From Mycolicibacterium smegmatis (GTDB taxonomy: Bacteria; Actinomycetota; Actinomycetes; Mycobacteriales; Mycobacteriaceae): a DNA stretch of 32,000 nucleotides. The translations under genes and the position numbers were made by a program. Within the stretch, counting starts at the first letter, position 1; each line of letters opens with the position of its first letter. Positions 7,697-16,801 of this stretch are shown piece by piece. Location of the stretch: the NCBI RefSeq assembly GCF_001457595.1, contig NZ_LN831039.1, positions 2,700,001-2,732,000 on the forward strand, in the 5' to 3' direction. The notes beneath the pieces were generated by a model, which ran no database searches, was not told the origin of the DNA, and saw nothing but the letters and a program-made list of their open reading frames with translations.

Positions 7697-9946
7697 TCAC
7701 GGACGCACGGCGTTGAGCGCCGCGAGCAAATCGTCGAGACGTTCAGGGGTCACCTTGCCCCCGGAGAGCGCGACCATCCGCTCGATCGGCACGGACTCCA
7801 GCATCCGCAACAGATCGGTTCCCATGGCGGGTGCGTCCTGCGCGGCGGTGCCCAGTGTCTCGAAGAGCAACGGCGCGGCGGCCGGGTCGGCGAGGATCTC
7901 GCCCAGTGTCGACTCTCTGGTGAACACCGCCCTGGGGACGTCTCCCTCGACGGTGACGGTCGCATGCAGGCGCAGATCCCGGCTCGATGCGCCCACCGAC
8001 ACCGTGTAGTCACCGGGCTCGACGCCCCACTGTCCGCTGCGAATTTCCCAGAACGCGAGATCGGTTCGGCGAATGGGGATTTCAAGGGTGCGACGCTCAC
8101 CGCTTTCCAGGCTGAGGCTGCCGAACCCGGCCAGCCAGCGTGGTGGCCGGCTGATTTGGGGGTCCGGTTTGGACACGTACACCTGGACCACCTCGCGACC
8201 GGCCCGCGGACCGACGTTGGCCACCACGACGCGCACCGTGGGTCCGTCGGAGTCGACCTCCAGATCGGAAAACGCGAACGCCGTGTAGGACAGGCCGTGA
8301 CCGAACGGGAACGTGACCTCGAGAGCGCGCGCGTCATACCAGCGGTAACCCACGAAAACGCGCTCACCGTAGACGGTGTGGCCGTTCTCGGACGGGAAGT
8401 TCAGGAACGCCGGGCAGTCCTGCAGGCGTACGGGCACGGTCTCGGCCAGGCGCCCGGACGGGTTCACGGCCCCGAACAGCACGTCGGCGACGGCGCCGCC
8501 GCCGGCCTGCCCGAGCAGTGCTCCATCGAGGATCGCCGGGGCGTGTTTCGCGACCTCGTCCAGGCGTACGACGCCACCGTGGGACAGCACGACCACCGTG
8601 CGGGGTTGCACCTCGACCACCGCACGCAGCAGCGCCAACTGCGCCTGCGGCAGGTCGATGTGCTCACGGTCGTAGCCCTCGGATTCCTCGTCGGCGGTCA
8701 GGCCGAGGAACAGCACCGCGGCCTCGGCCTCGGCCGCGCCACGTACCGCCTCCGCGCGCACCTGCTCGCTGTCCTGTCCGGAATCGGTTGGCAGGCCGGG
8801 GAAGTGGGTGGCAGCCTGATCACCGTTGCGGGCACGGATCTCGTCGAGCGGGATGTCGAGGCGCGTGGGGTTGACGTGTGAGCTGCCGCCGCCCTGATGG
8901 CGGGGTTCCTCGGCGAACGGCCCGATGACCGCGAGCCGCGACGGGGCCAGCGGCAGGATCGGTTCTCCGTCGCGCAGATCGTTCTTGAGCAGCACCACGG
9001 CCTGTGCGGCAGCCTCACGCGCAAGGCGATGATGGGCCTCGGTCAGCTCGCCGATGTCGAAATGACCGGCAGCGCTGTGGCTTTCGTACGCGCGCACCGC
9101 CAGGCCGGCCACCCGTTCGGCGGCCGTGGTCACCGCACGCGCGTCGAGTGCGCCCGCGGTCACCGCGGCCACCACCTCGGCGTCGCCGAAACCGCCCGAT
9201 GACGGCATCTCCAGGTCCAGGCCGGCCGCCACGGCCGCGACACGGTCACGCACCGCGCCCCAGTCGCTGACCACCACGCCGTCGAAACCCCATTCGCCGC
9301 GCAACACGTCGGTGAGCAGCCAGGTGTTCTCGGAGGCGTACACGCCGTTGATGCGGTTGTACGAGCACATCACGGTCCACGGCGCGGCCTCGCGCACCAC
9401 GTGCTCGAACGCCCGCAGATAGATCTCACGCAGCGTGCGGGCGTCGACGTCGGAACTGGCACGCATGCGGTCGTGCTCGGAGTTGTTGACCGCGAAGTGT
9501 TTCAGCGACGCACCGACACCGCGGCCCTGCACACCGCGTACCCACGCCGCGCCGAGCACGCCGGACAGCAGCGGATCCTCCGAGAAGTACTCGAAGTTGC
9601 GGCCGCAGCGCGGGTCCCGCTTGATGTTGACGCCGGGGCCGAGCAGCACGTGCACTCCCAGCGCACGGGCCTCGGCGCCCAGTGCGGCGCCGACGCGTTC
9701 GACGAGATCCGGGTCCCACGTCTGGCTCAGCGCGACGGCCGGAGGAAAACATGTCGCGGGTTCACTGCCGCCGACACCCAGGTGATCTGACGCCCCGCTC
9801 TGCCTGCGCACGCCGTGCGGTCCGTCGGTGAGCACGATCGACGGGATGTGCCCGACAGCCTCGGTGGTCCAGAAACTCGCGCCGCTGCCCAGTGCGGCCT
9901 GCTGGGTCAGCGTCAGGGTCGGGGCATGTGCGAGTGGGTCCGTCAC
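7697..9946 (-). CDS. Glycoside hydrolase family 3 beta-glucosidase (BglX-like, with C-terminal FnIII-like domain)
   Basis: GH3 nucleophile motif VVSDWGAV and KHFAVNNSE. Preferred start is the GTG at 9946 with RBS GGGAAGG. An alternative ATG at 10012 would overlap the TetR 3' end. The rest of ORF 7697..10282 is an out-of-frame shadow of the TetR gene. Confidence 0.9.
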   Translation of the reverse strand: MTDPLAHAPTLTLTQQAALGSGASFWTTEAVGHIPSIVLTDGPHGVRRQSGASDHLGVGGSEPATCFPPAVALSQTWDPDLVERVGAALGAEARALGVHVLLGPGVNIKRDPRCGRNFEYFSEDPLLSGVLGAAWVRGVQGRGVGASLKHFAVNNSEHDRMRASSDVDARTLREIYLRAFEHVVREAAPWTVMCSYNRINGVYASENTWLLTDVLRGEWGFDGVVVSDWGAVRDRVAAVAAGLDLEMPSSGGFGDAEVVAAVTAGALDARAVTTAAERVAGLAVRAYESHSAAGHFDIGELTEAHHRLAREAAAQAVVLLKNDLRDGEPILPLAPSRLAVIGPFAEEPRHQGGGSSHVNPTRLDIPLDEIRARNGDQAATHFPGLPTDSGQDSEQVRAEAVRGAAEAEAAVLFLGLTADEESEGYDREHIDLPQAQLALLRAVVEVQPRTVVVLSHGGVVRLDEVAKHAPAILDGALLGQAGGGAVADVLFGAVNPSGRLAETVPVRLQDCPAFLNFPSENGHTVYGERVFVGYRWYDARALEVTFPFGHGLSYTAFAFSDLEVDSDGPTVRVVVANVGPRAGREVVQVYVSKPDPQISRPPRWLAGFGSLSLESGERRTLEIPIRRTDLAFWEIRSGQWGVEPGDYTVSVGASSRDLRLHATVTVEGDVPRAVFTRESTLGEILADPAAAPLLFETLGTAAQDAPAMGTDLLRMLESVPIERMVALSGGKVTPERLDDLLAALNAVRP

Positions 9947-9983
9947 CCTTCCCGAGGGTAGCCCCGCATCGGAGGTTGCCGGT

Positions 9984-10544
9984 TCACTCCCGGCGCCTCG
10001 GCCGCGCCACATGGCGCAGTTGTGCCAGGAAGTCGTCGGCGTCGTCGCTGCGCACCAGGTAGTGCGATATCGCGACGCGCACCGCGGTCGCCGCCGCGAC
10101 GTCGCTGTCGGGCCCGGTGGTGAGGCGTTGCAGGCGTTCGCGCAGCAGCGGCATGATCTGGGACAGCCGCCGGATGACGTGCTCGGGTTCGATGTCGACC
10201 ATGCGCAGGCCCGGGTAGGACCGCTGGTACTCGGCGATGACGCGCAGGGCCGCGTCGAGGCGCTCGGATGCAGGCAGTGCACCGGTGGCCTGTGCGACGG
10301 CCTGCTCGTAGCCGCGACGTTCCCACACCACGAACGCGTCGAGCAGATCCTGCTTCGACGAGAACCACCGGTACAGCGTGGGTCTGGAGACGCCGGCCTG
10401 CGACGCGACGTCGGACAGGCTGAGTTTCGTCGTCCCGTTGCTGCCGAGAACCTCCGCGGTGGCGGCGAGTATGCGCTCGCGGGTGCTGCTCGCCTCGGTC
10501 CCAGCGTCGGTCCCAGCGTCGGTCCCAGCGTCGGTCCCAGCCAT
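9984..10544 (-). CDS. TetR-family transcriptional regulator (paralog 2), N-terminal (AGTD)n repeat
   Basis: HTH region LSLSDVASQAGVSRPTLYRWF. Collinear similarity to the 5206..5784 product. The ATG at 10544 lies 7 nt downstream of TAAAGC of motif copy C. Confidence 0.85.
   Translation of the reverse strand: MAGTDAGTDAGTDAGTEASSTRERILAATAEVLGSNGTTKLSLSDVASQAGVSRPTLYRWFSSKQDLLDAFVVWERRGYEQAVAQATGALPASERLDAALRVIAEYQRSYPGLRMVDIEPEHVIRRLSQIMPLLRERLQRLTTGPDSDVAAATAVRVAISHYLVRSDDADDFLAQLRHVARPRRRE
10497..10541 (-). repeat. In-frame 12-bp tandem repeat, about 3.75 copies (plus strand GGTCCCAGCGTC), encoding AGTD-AGTD-AGTD-AGTE at the TetR N-terminus
   Basis: Units at 10497-10508, 10509-10520 and 10521-10532 are identical. 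A partial fourth unit runs 10533-10541. Confidence 0.9.
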
Positions 10545-10551
10545 GGGACAA

Positions 10552-10581
10552 GCTTTACAAACTATCGAGTAAGTGTCACGC
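10552..10581 (-). promoter_or_regulatory. Regulon motif copy C upstream of TetR paralog 2, in the divergent intergenic region shared with P450-ferredoxin
   Basis: Minus-strand read: GCGTGACACTtactcgatagTTTGTAAAGcttgtcccATG. Confidence 0.55.
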
Positions 10582-10629
10582 TAAATCTCGGCGTGGCCCA
10601 CCGCGGCACGCCTGTAGGAGGACAGGAAC

Positions 10630-11886
10630 GTGACAGTTGCCATCTCAGCGCAGGCACGCGAATACAGCCCGTTCGACATCACGTCACACGAGTTCTGGAG
10701 CCGGCCGTTCGCGGTGCGCGACGAGACGTTTGCGCAGTTGCGTGCCGCCGAGGGGCTGAGCTGGCACCAACCGCTCTCGACGCTGTTCGACGTCGAGGAG
10801 CCCGGGTTCTGGGCGCTGACCCGGCGCGCCGACATCCAGTTCGTCAGCCAGCATCCCGAGCTGTTCACCTCGGCGCAGGGCGTGGCGCTGGACCCGATGC
10901 CGGCCGACGTGCAGAAGTTCGCGACGTTCTTCCTGATGATGGATCCGCCCGAACACACGGTGTACCGCAGGCTGATCAGCTCGGCCTTCACACCGCGCAA
11001 CGTCCGGCGGATCGAAGAGCAGATCCACGCCAACGCAGTCGATGTCGTCGACCAGCTGATCGGCGTGGGCAACGTCGACTTCGTCGAGGCGTGCTCGGCG
11101 CAACTTCCGATGCGCACGATCTCGGACATGCTCGGCGTGCCCAAGGCCGATCAACCCGCGCTGGCCAAGGCCGCCGAGAAGCTGTTCAGCATGAGCGACG
11201 ACGAATACTCGTCGCTCGAGGAACGGGCCGTGGCCACCATCAACGAGATCATGCTGATCTCGAACACCGGTGTCGAGCTCGCGAAGTTCCGGCGCGCCAA
11301 CCCCGGTGACGACCTGATGACCAGCATCGTCAACGCCGAGGTCGACGGACACCGACTGACCGACGAGGAGATCGGCGCGTTCCTCATCCTGCTGGCGTCG
11401 GCGGGCAACGACACCACCAAGCAGACCACCACGCACGCGATGATGGCGCTGGCGGCACATCCGGACCAACGCGACTGGCTCATGGCGGATTTCGACGGCC
11501 GCATCGGTTCTGCCGTCGAAGAGTTTGTGCGGTGGGCCACCCCGGTGATCCAGTTCGCGCGCTTCGCCACCGAGGACGTCGAGGTGGCCGGCCAGACCAT
11601 CAGGGCGGGGGAGAAGGTGGGGCTGTTCTACTGCTCGGCCAACCGCGACGAGGCGGTGTTCACCGACCCGCAGCGCTTCGACCTGAGCCGCTCACCCAAC
11701 CCGCATCTCGGATTCGGCGGTGGCGGCCCGCACTTCTGCCTGGGCAACCAGCTGGCCAAGACCGAGCTGCGAAACCTGTTCCGCGAGTTGCTGACCCGCC
11801 TCAAGACCATCGAGTTCGGCGAGCCCGAACTGCTGCACAGCAGCTTTGTCCACGGCATCAAACGAGTCCCGGCCTACATCCGGTAG
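10630..11886 (+). CDS. Cytochrome P450
   Basis: GTG start with RBS ggagga 7 nt upstream. ExxR motif (EEFVRW). Heme-thiolate loop FGGGGPHFCLGNQLA. Confidence 0.9.
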   Translation: MTVAISAQAREYSPFDITSHEFWSRPFAVRDETFAQLRAAEGLSWHQPLSTLFDVEEPGFWALTRRADIQFVSQHPELFTSAQGVALDPMPADVQKFATFFLMMDPPEHTVYRRLISSAFTPRNVRRIEEQIHANAVDVVDQLIGVGNVDFVEACSAQLPMRTISDMLGVPKADQPALAKAAEKLFSMSDDEYSSLEERAVATINEIMLISNTGVELAKFRRANPGDDLMTSIVNAEVDGHRLTDEEIGAFLILLASAGNDTTKQTTTHAMMALAAHPDQRDWLMADFDGRIGSAVEEFVRWATPVIQFARFATEDVEVAGQTIRAGEKVGLFYCSANRDEAVFTDPQRFDLSRSPNPHLGFGGGGPHFCLGNQLAKTELRNLFRELLTRLKTIEFGEPELLHSSFVHGIKRVPAYIR

Positions 11887-11899
11887 CGAAAGAGGTGAC

Positions 11900-12091
11900 A
11901 TGCGCGTAGAGGTCGACCTCGCCAGGTGCACCGGTCACGGCATCTGCGAGACCATCGCCGAGGACGTCTTCGAGGTGCAGGACGACGGGACCGTGCTGAT
12001 CCACGGCAACGAACGTCCCGAGCACGACCGGGATCGCATGCGCCAGGCAGTCGTCCAGTGCCCGGCCGCGGCGCTGCGCATCGAGGACTGA
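11900..12091 (+). CDS. Small ferredoxin (3Fe-4S type, P450 redox partner)
   Basis: ATG at 11900 with RBS aagagg. 63 aa. Cluster motif CTGHGIC ... CP, typical of actinobacterial P450-linked ferredoxins. Confidence 0.8.
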   Translation: MRVEVDLARCTGHGICETIAEDVFEVQDDGTVLIHGNERPEHDRDRMRQAVVQCPAAALRIED

Positions 12092-12910
12092 TCAGGAGCG
12101 CGGCGGGCGGGGGCGCACGAGCACGGACTGCTGGATCGCGCCGACGGCGCCCGAGGAGTCGAACAGTGTGCCGACCGTGGTGCCGATCCCGTCGGGGCCG
12201 TAGCTGGTCTCGGCGCGGATCCCGATCCACTCGCCCTCAGGGATGCGGTGCACGTGCACCACGAGATCGGTGTTGAGGAACGTCCACTTGCGGATGTCGA
12301 GCTTGCTGCCGATGCCGTTGGCGTCGTCGGCGACCGCGAACAACCGCTGCAGCGGCGTCATGGCCTCACCTTTGACCAGATCGACCGTGGGCCGCAGCCA
12401 CGACTCGCCCGGTCCGGGTGCCAGTGGCACGGTGAGCCAGCGCCAGTCGATGCTGTGCACGTAGTTGGGCTCCCAGTTCTTGGCCATGTCGTGACTGCGC
12501 GCGTTCTCCAGAGGCCGCAGCGGTGACACCCCGGTGTGCTGCAGTGTCGATGTGTCGAGCGTGAGCATGCGCCAACCCGACGCGCGCGCGACCGTCCGCG
12601 GTTCACCGTCGGGGGCCGTCGCGAGCATCTCGGCACCGACGAGTTCGATCTGCTTGCCGGGCCGCTGCACTTCGGCGCGCACCCACAGATCGCCCTCGGA
12701 CGGCACGCCGCCCATCAGATCGATGGCCACCCGGGCCAGCCGAGTCTCGGCACGCGGCTCGCAGTGTTCCAGCGCGCGCACCAGCAGCGCCGAGGCCGGC
12801 GCGGCGTGCTGGATGGCGGCCGACCACGTGCCGCGCACCATGTCGGTGGCGGCGAACCTCTCGCCCAACGTGTCTGCCGCGTCGAGCAATTCGTAGTAGG
12901 AGTCCGACAT
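12092..12910 (-). CDS. Thioesterase-like superfamily protein (TesB-like double hot-dog acyl-CoA thioesterase family)
   Basis: 272 aa. The N-terminal pattern ERFAATDMVRGTWSAAIQHAAPASALLVRALE resembles mycobacterial thioesterase-family proteins. Its stop abuts the ferredoxin stop (TGATCA). The start is 9 nt after the SMP-30 stop. Confidence 0.6.
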   Translation of the reverse strand: MSDSYYELLDAADTLGERFAATDMVRGTWSAAIQHAAPASALLVRALEHCEPRAETRLARVAIDLMGGVPSEGDLWVRAEVQRPGKQIELVGAEMLATAPDGEPRTVARASGWRMLTLDTSTLQHTGVSPLRPLENARSHDMAKNWEPNYVHSIDWRWLTVPLAPGPGESWLRPTVDLVKGEAMTPLQRLFAVADDANGIGSKLDIRKWTFLNTDLVVHVHRIPEGEWIGIRAETSYGPDGIGTTVGTLFDSSGAVGAIQQSVLVRPRPPRS

Positions 12911-12919
12911 GTCCGCCTG

Positions 12920-13804
12920 TCAGTGGTGATGATGGTCGCCGACGGCGAAATCGCCGGGCGCGGGCACTGCGACGTCGAGTGCCTCGATGCGGGACAGCTT
13001 GGTGCCCACGAGCCGCTGCGGATAGGCGTCGGTGGTGGTCACGAGGAACAGCGTGCGGCCCTCGGCGCCGCCCAGCGCACACGCGATCGCGGTGCGCCCG
13101 CCGGCGTCGATGCGGTCGGTGACCGTTGGCGTGCCCGGTCCGCTGTCGACGATGCGCTGGAACTCGTGTGCGAGCGTCAGCGCGGTCCACACGCCGCCCT
13201 CGAGATCGATCGCGATGCCGTCGGGCGGGCCGTCGAGACCCTCGGCGAAGATCCGGCGGTCCGACAGGTCACCGTCCTCGTCGACGGTGTAGGCGGTGAG
13301 CCGGCGGGCCGTCGACTCCGCGACGATCAGGGTTTCGCCGTCGGGCGTGATCGCCATGCCGTTGGGGAAGTCCAGACCCTCGGCGACCACGCGGATCGGT
13401 TCGACGGGGTCGTCGGGGTCGATCCGCACGATGACGCCGCCACCGCGGGCCTGGGATCCGACGTAGGCGCGTCCGCGCTCGTCGAGCACCATGTCGCCCA
13501 GCGGTGCCGGGGCCACCTGGTGCAGGTCGGCAAGCAGTTCCACCGTTTCGCCGTCGTAGCACAGCACCTGCCGCTTCTCGGTGGACACGATGTACAAGGT
13601 CCCATCGGGGCGAAAACCCAAGCCGGACGGCGCATGTCCGGGCAGCGGCAACGTGGTCATGGATCCGCCCAAGGTGACGGTGTGCACGGCCTCGCCGAGC
13701 ATGTCCGAGAACCACAGCAGGCCCTCGAACCACCGCGGCCCCTCACCGAAGCAGAACCCGGTGGCGAGTTCGGTCGTCCGTTCGGGTCCGGCTTCCGTCG
13801 TCAC
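12920..13804 (-). CDS. SMP-30/gluconolactonase/LRE-family protein (lactonase-like beta-propeller), native C-terminal HHHH
   Basis: FGEGPRWFEGLLWFSD signature. Repeated beta-propeller-like segments. The GTG at 13804 lies 9 nt downstream of TAAAGG of motif copy D. Confidence 0.8.
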   Translation of the reverse strand: MTTEAGPERTTELATGFCFGEGPRWFEGLLWFSDMLGEAVHTVTLGGSMTTLPLPGHAPSGLGFRPDGTLYIVSTEKRQVLCYDGETVELLADLHQVAPAPLGDMVLDERGRAYVGSQARGGGVIVRIDPDDPVEPIRVVAEGLDFPNGMAITPDGETLIVAESTARRLTAYTVDEDGDLSDRRIFAEGLDGPPDGIAIDLEGGVWTALTLAHEFQRIVDSGPGTPTVTDRIDAGGRTAIACALGGAEGRTLFLVTTTDAYPQRLVGTKLSRIEALDVAVPAPGDFAVGDHHHH

Positions 13805-13813
13805 GGCGACGTA

Positions 13814-13843
13814 CCTTTACAAAACACGCCTTGAGTGTCACGC
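13814..13843 (-). promoter_or_regulatory. Regulon motif copy D, in the divergent region between the SMP-30 gene and the 7-gene operon
   Basis: Minus-strand read: GCGTGACACTcaaggcgtgtTTTGTAAAGgtacgtcgccGTG. An extra TGTCAC copy lies at 13852-13857 on the plus strand. Confidence 0.55.
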
Positions 13844-13879
13844 TCGCAAGGTGTCACTGTCAACCACCGGAGCACCGTG

Positions 13880-14584
13880 ATGAAGAAGTACTACAGCCAC
13901 ACGTTGCTGTATCTCCACGAGACGATCGACCTGGGATCGGGCCGCACCGACACGTTCACCGAGGTCTTCGGCGAGGTCTACCGACCGATGATGGAGGACC
14001 TCGGGGCGCGGTTGTTCTCCGTGTGGGAGACCACGCCGTACAACGGTCACTGGCCGCAGGTGACGATCATCTGGGAGATCGACGCGTTCGCCGACTATGC
14101 GCGGATCGGCAGGGCGCAGGCCGTCGGTGGCAGCCACGAGAAGCAGGCGCTCCGGTGGTCGTCGTACCTCTCGGAGACCGGGGCCCGCGGCGAGGGCCGA
14201 ATCATGTACGCGGGCAGGTACAACCGCACGCTCGCGCAACTCCGGCAGGACGACGTCAAGGCCGGTCTGGTGATCCAGGAGGTCATGCAGACCAAGCCGG
14301 GCCGCCAGGACGACTACATCCGCGAACTCGAACGCCTCTACGTGCCGTGGTCGGAGCGCACCGGTAAACGCTGGCTGGGATCGTTCATCACGACATTCCG
14401 GTTCAACGAGGTGATCCACTACTGGGCCCTCGACGACGACTGGGACTGCTTCGAGAACCACTACCCGTCGTGGAAGGACAGCCCGCCGGCCGAGATCGTC
14501 ACGTGGATGAGCGTGGCACCCGCGTTGCGTGACGGTTGGGAGGACTCGATCCTGCAGGCCCTGCCCCCGTCCCCGCTGCGATGA
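13880..14584 (+). CDS. NIPSNAP-like / dimeric alpha-beta barrel tandem-domain protein
   Basis: ATG at 13880 (GGAG 8 nt upstream) within ORF 13835..14584. Two internal half-repeats with W..T.....W/IW patterns typical of NIPSNAP domains. This call comes from pattern memory only. Confidence 0.5.
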   Translation: MKKYYSHTLLYLHETIDLGSGRTDTFTEVFGEVYRPMMEDLGARLFSVWETTPYNGHWPQVTIIWEIDAFADYARIGRAQAVGGSHEKQALRWSSYLSETGARGEGRIMYAGRYNRTLAQLRQDDVKAGLVIQEVMQTKPGRQDDYIRELERLYVPWSERTGKRWLGSFITTFRFNEVIHYWALDDDWDCFENHYPSWKDSPPAEIVTWMSVAPALRDGWEDSILQALPPSPLR

Positions 14585-15831
14585 CCACGACGGTGAAACC
14601 GCCTGTGACGGAGGCGGTCACGGGAGAGTTCAGCTACGACCCGTTCGATCCGGCCGTGATGGCCGACCCGACTCCGTACTACCGTGTGCTGCGCGAGAAG
14701 TATCCGCTGTACCACATCGAGAAGTGGGACACCTGGGCGCTGTCGCGGTTCTCCGACATCTGGGAGGTGCTCGAGGTCAACGACGGCACCTTCGTCGCCT
14801 CCGAGGGAACCCTGCCCGCGGCAACGGTTCTCGCCGAACACAACGACGGCGCCGTACCGGATCCGCCATGGCATCCCATGCCGTTTCACGCCAACTTCGA
14901 CACCCCGATCTACGACAGCGTGCGGCGGTGCACCTCGCCGCAGTTCCGCCCACGCTCGGTGACCAAACTGGCCGACCGCATCCGAACCCTGGCCAACGAA
15001 CGTCTCGACGAACTGCTGCCGCGTGGACAGTTCGACCTCACACAGGACTACGGCGGCATCGTCGCGGCCTCGGTGGTGTGCGAACTGGTCGGGCTGCCGG
15101 TGGATCTGGCGGCTGACGTGCTGGCCACCGTCAACGCGGGGAGCCTCGCCGAACCGGGCAGCGGTGTCGAGGTGGCCAACGCACGCCCGGGTTATCTGGA
15201 GTACCTGACGCCGGTGGTGCAGCGGCGCCGCGCCGGTGAAGGCCGCGAACTGCCGATCGTCGACAACCTGCTGCAGTACCGGTTGCCCGACGGATCGGCG
15301 TTCAGCGATCTCGAAGCCGCCGTGCAGATGCTCGGCGTCTTCATCGGCGGCACCGAGACCGTGCCGAAAATCGTCGCGCACGGACTGTGGGAACTCACAC
15401 GACATCCCGAGCAACTCGCGGCCGTGCGAACCGACCTCGACGCCAACGTGCCGATCGCGCGCGAGGAGATGATCCGCTTCTGCGCGCCCGCACAGTGGTT
15501 CGCACGCACCGTGCGAAAGCCGTTCACGCTGCACGGCACCACGCTGCAACCCGGACAGCGCGTCATCACACTGCTGGCATCGGCCGGCCGTGACGAACGC
15601 GAATACCCGGACCCGGACTCGTTCATCTGGGACCGCCGCATCGAACGGCTACTGGCGTTCGGCCGCGGGCAGCACTTCTGCCTCGGCGTCCACCTGGCGC
15701 GTCTGGAGATCACGATCATGGTGACCGAATGGCTCAAGCGTGTCGGCGAGTTCCGGGTCGACGAGCGGGCGGCCCGGCGCCCGCCGTCGAGCTTCCAGTG
15801 GGGCTGGAACAACGTGCCGGTCGAGGTGTGA
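14581..15831 (+). CDS. Cytochrome P450
   Basis: ATG at 14581 overlaps the preceding stop (ATGA). ExxR motif (EEMIRF). Heme loop FGRGQHFCLGVHLA. Confidence 0.9.
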   Translation: MTTTVKPPVTEAVTGEFSYDPFDPAVMADPTPYYRVLREKYPLYHIEKWDTWALSRFSDIWEVLEVNDGTFVASEGTLPAATVLAEHNDGAVPDPPWHPMPFHANFDTPIYDSVRRCTSPQFRPRSVTKLADRIRTLANERLDELLPRGQFDLTQDYGGIVAASVVCELVGLPVDLAADVLATVNAGSLAEPGSGVEVANARPGYLEYLTPVVQRRRAGEGRELPIVDNLLQYRLPDGSAFSDLEAAVQMLGVFIGGTETVPKIVAHGLWELTRHPEQLAAVRTDLDANVPIAREEMIRFCAPAQWFARTVRKPFTLHGTTLQPGQRVITLLASAGRDEREYPDPDSFIWDRRIERLLAFGRGQHFCLGVHLARLEITIMVTEWLKRVGEFRVDERAARRPPSSFQWGWNNVPVEV

Positions 15832-15832
15832 C

Positions 15833-16801
15833 GTGTGGTCCTACCGTCTGGTCGCGCCGTATGTGTTCGAACGCTCCGACCTGCGGGCGCCGTCACCGGA
15901 TGCGCTGACCGACGGTCAGGTGCTGCTGAGCTTCTCGGCCGCAGGCATCTGCGGCAGCGACATTCCCGGGTTCCGCGGCACGCAGGGCAAGCTGCCGGGG
16001 GACACCGGCGCGAGTGCCGCGCAGATGCCGGGCTTCCCGATCCACGAGATCGCCGGTGAGGTACTCGCGAGCAGACATCCGGACCACCGCGTGGGCGACC
16101 ACGTCGTGGGCTGGGCCTCGGGATTCGACGGCCTGATGGAGCAGGTGATCGCCGACGGCGACGGCCTCGTCTCGTACGACCCGGCGTTGCCGCCGCGCCT
16201 GGCGGTCGGATTGCAACCCCTGGCCTGTGTGCTCTGTGCCGTCGAACAGTTGCCCGACCTCGACGGCCGGCACGTCGCGGTGATCGGACAGGGTTCGATC
16301 GGTCTGCTGTTCTCCTATGTGGCAAAGGCTCTCGGCGCCGCACGCGTCACCGGTGTCGACCCCCTCGACCGTTCCGCCATCGCCGCGCGCTGCGGCATCG
16401 ACACCCCGGTGCGCGCCACGAGCGACCGCTGGGTCACGCACCTGGACCCGGACGACCGGGCCGACGTGGTGATCGAGGCCGTCGGCCACCAGGTCGCCAC
16501 GCTCAACCACGCGCTCACCGCGGCGGCATTCGGCGGCACGGTCTTCTACTTCGGCGTCCCCGACGACGACAGCTACCCGATCAGCATGCGCACCATGCTG
16601 CGCAACAACCTCACGCTGAAATCCGGTGTGACAACCGACCGGCAACGCGTGCTGCGCCGCGCCGACACGTTCGCCCGCGAGCATCCCCACCTGTTGCCCG
16701 GCTACGTCACGCACACATTCGGCGTCGACGACGTACAGGCCGCTTTCGAACTGGCGTGCCGTCCGGTGCCCGACCGCGTCAAGATCGTGGTGGCGCGATG
16801 A
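15833..16801 (+). CDS. Zinc-type medium-chain alcohol dehydrogenase
   Basis: GTG lies 1 nt after the P450 stop, with GAGG RBS. Motifs: GICGSD and HEIAGEV zinc-ligand motifs, GQGSIGL nucleotide-binding motif. Confidence 0.8.
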   Translation: MWSYRLVAPYVFERSDLRAPSPDALTDGQVLLSFSAAGICGSDIPGFRGTQGKLPGDTGASAAQMPGFPIHEIAGEVLASRHPDHRVGDHVVGWASGFDGLMEQVIADGDGLVSYDPALPPRLAVGLQPLACVLCAVEQLPDLDGRHVAVIGQGSIGLLFSYVAKALGAARVTGVDPLDRSAIAARCGIDTPVRATSDRWVTHLDPDDRADVVIEAVGHQVATLNHALTAAAFGGTVFYFGVPDDDSYPISMRTMLRNNLTLKSGVTTDRQRVLRRADTFAREHPHLLPGYVTHTFGVDDVQAAFELACRPVPDRVKIVVAR

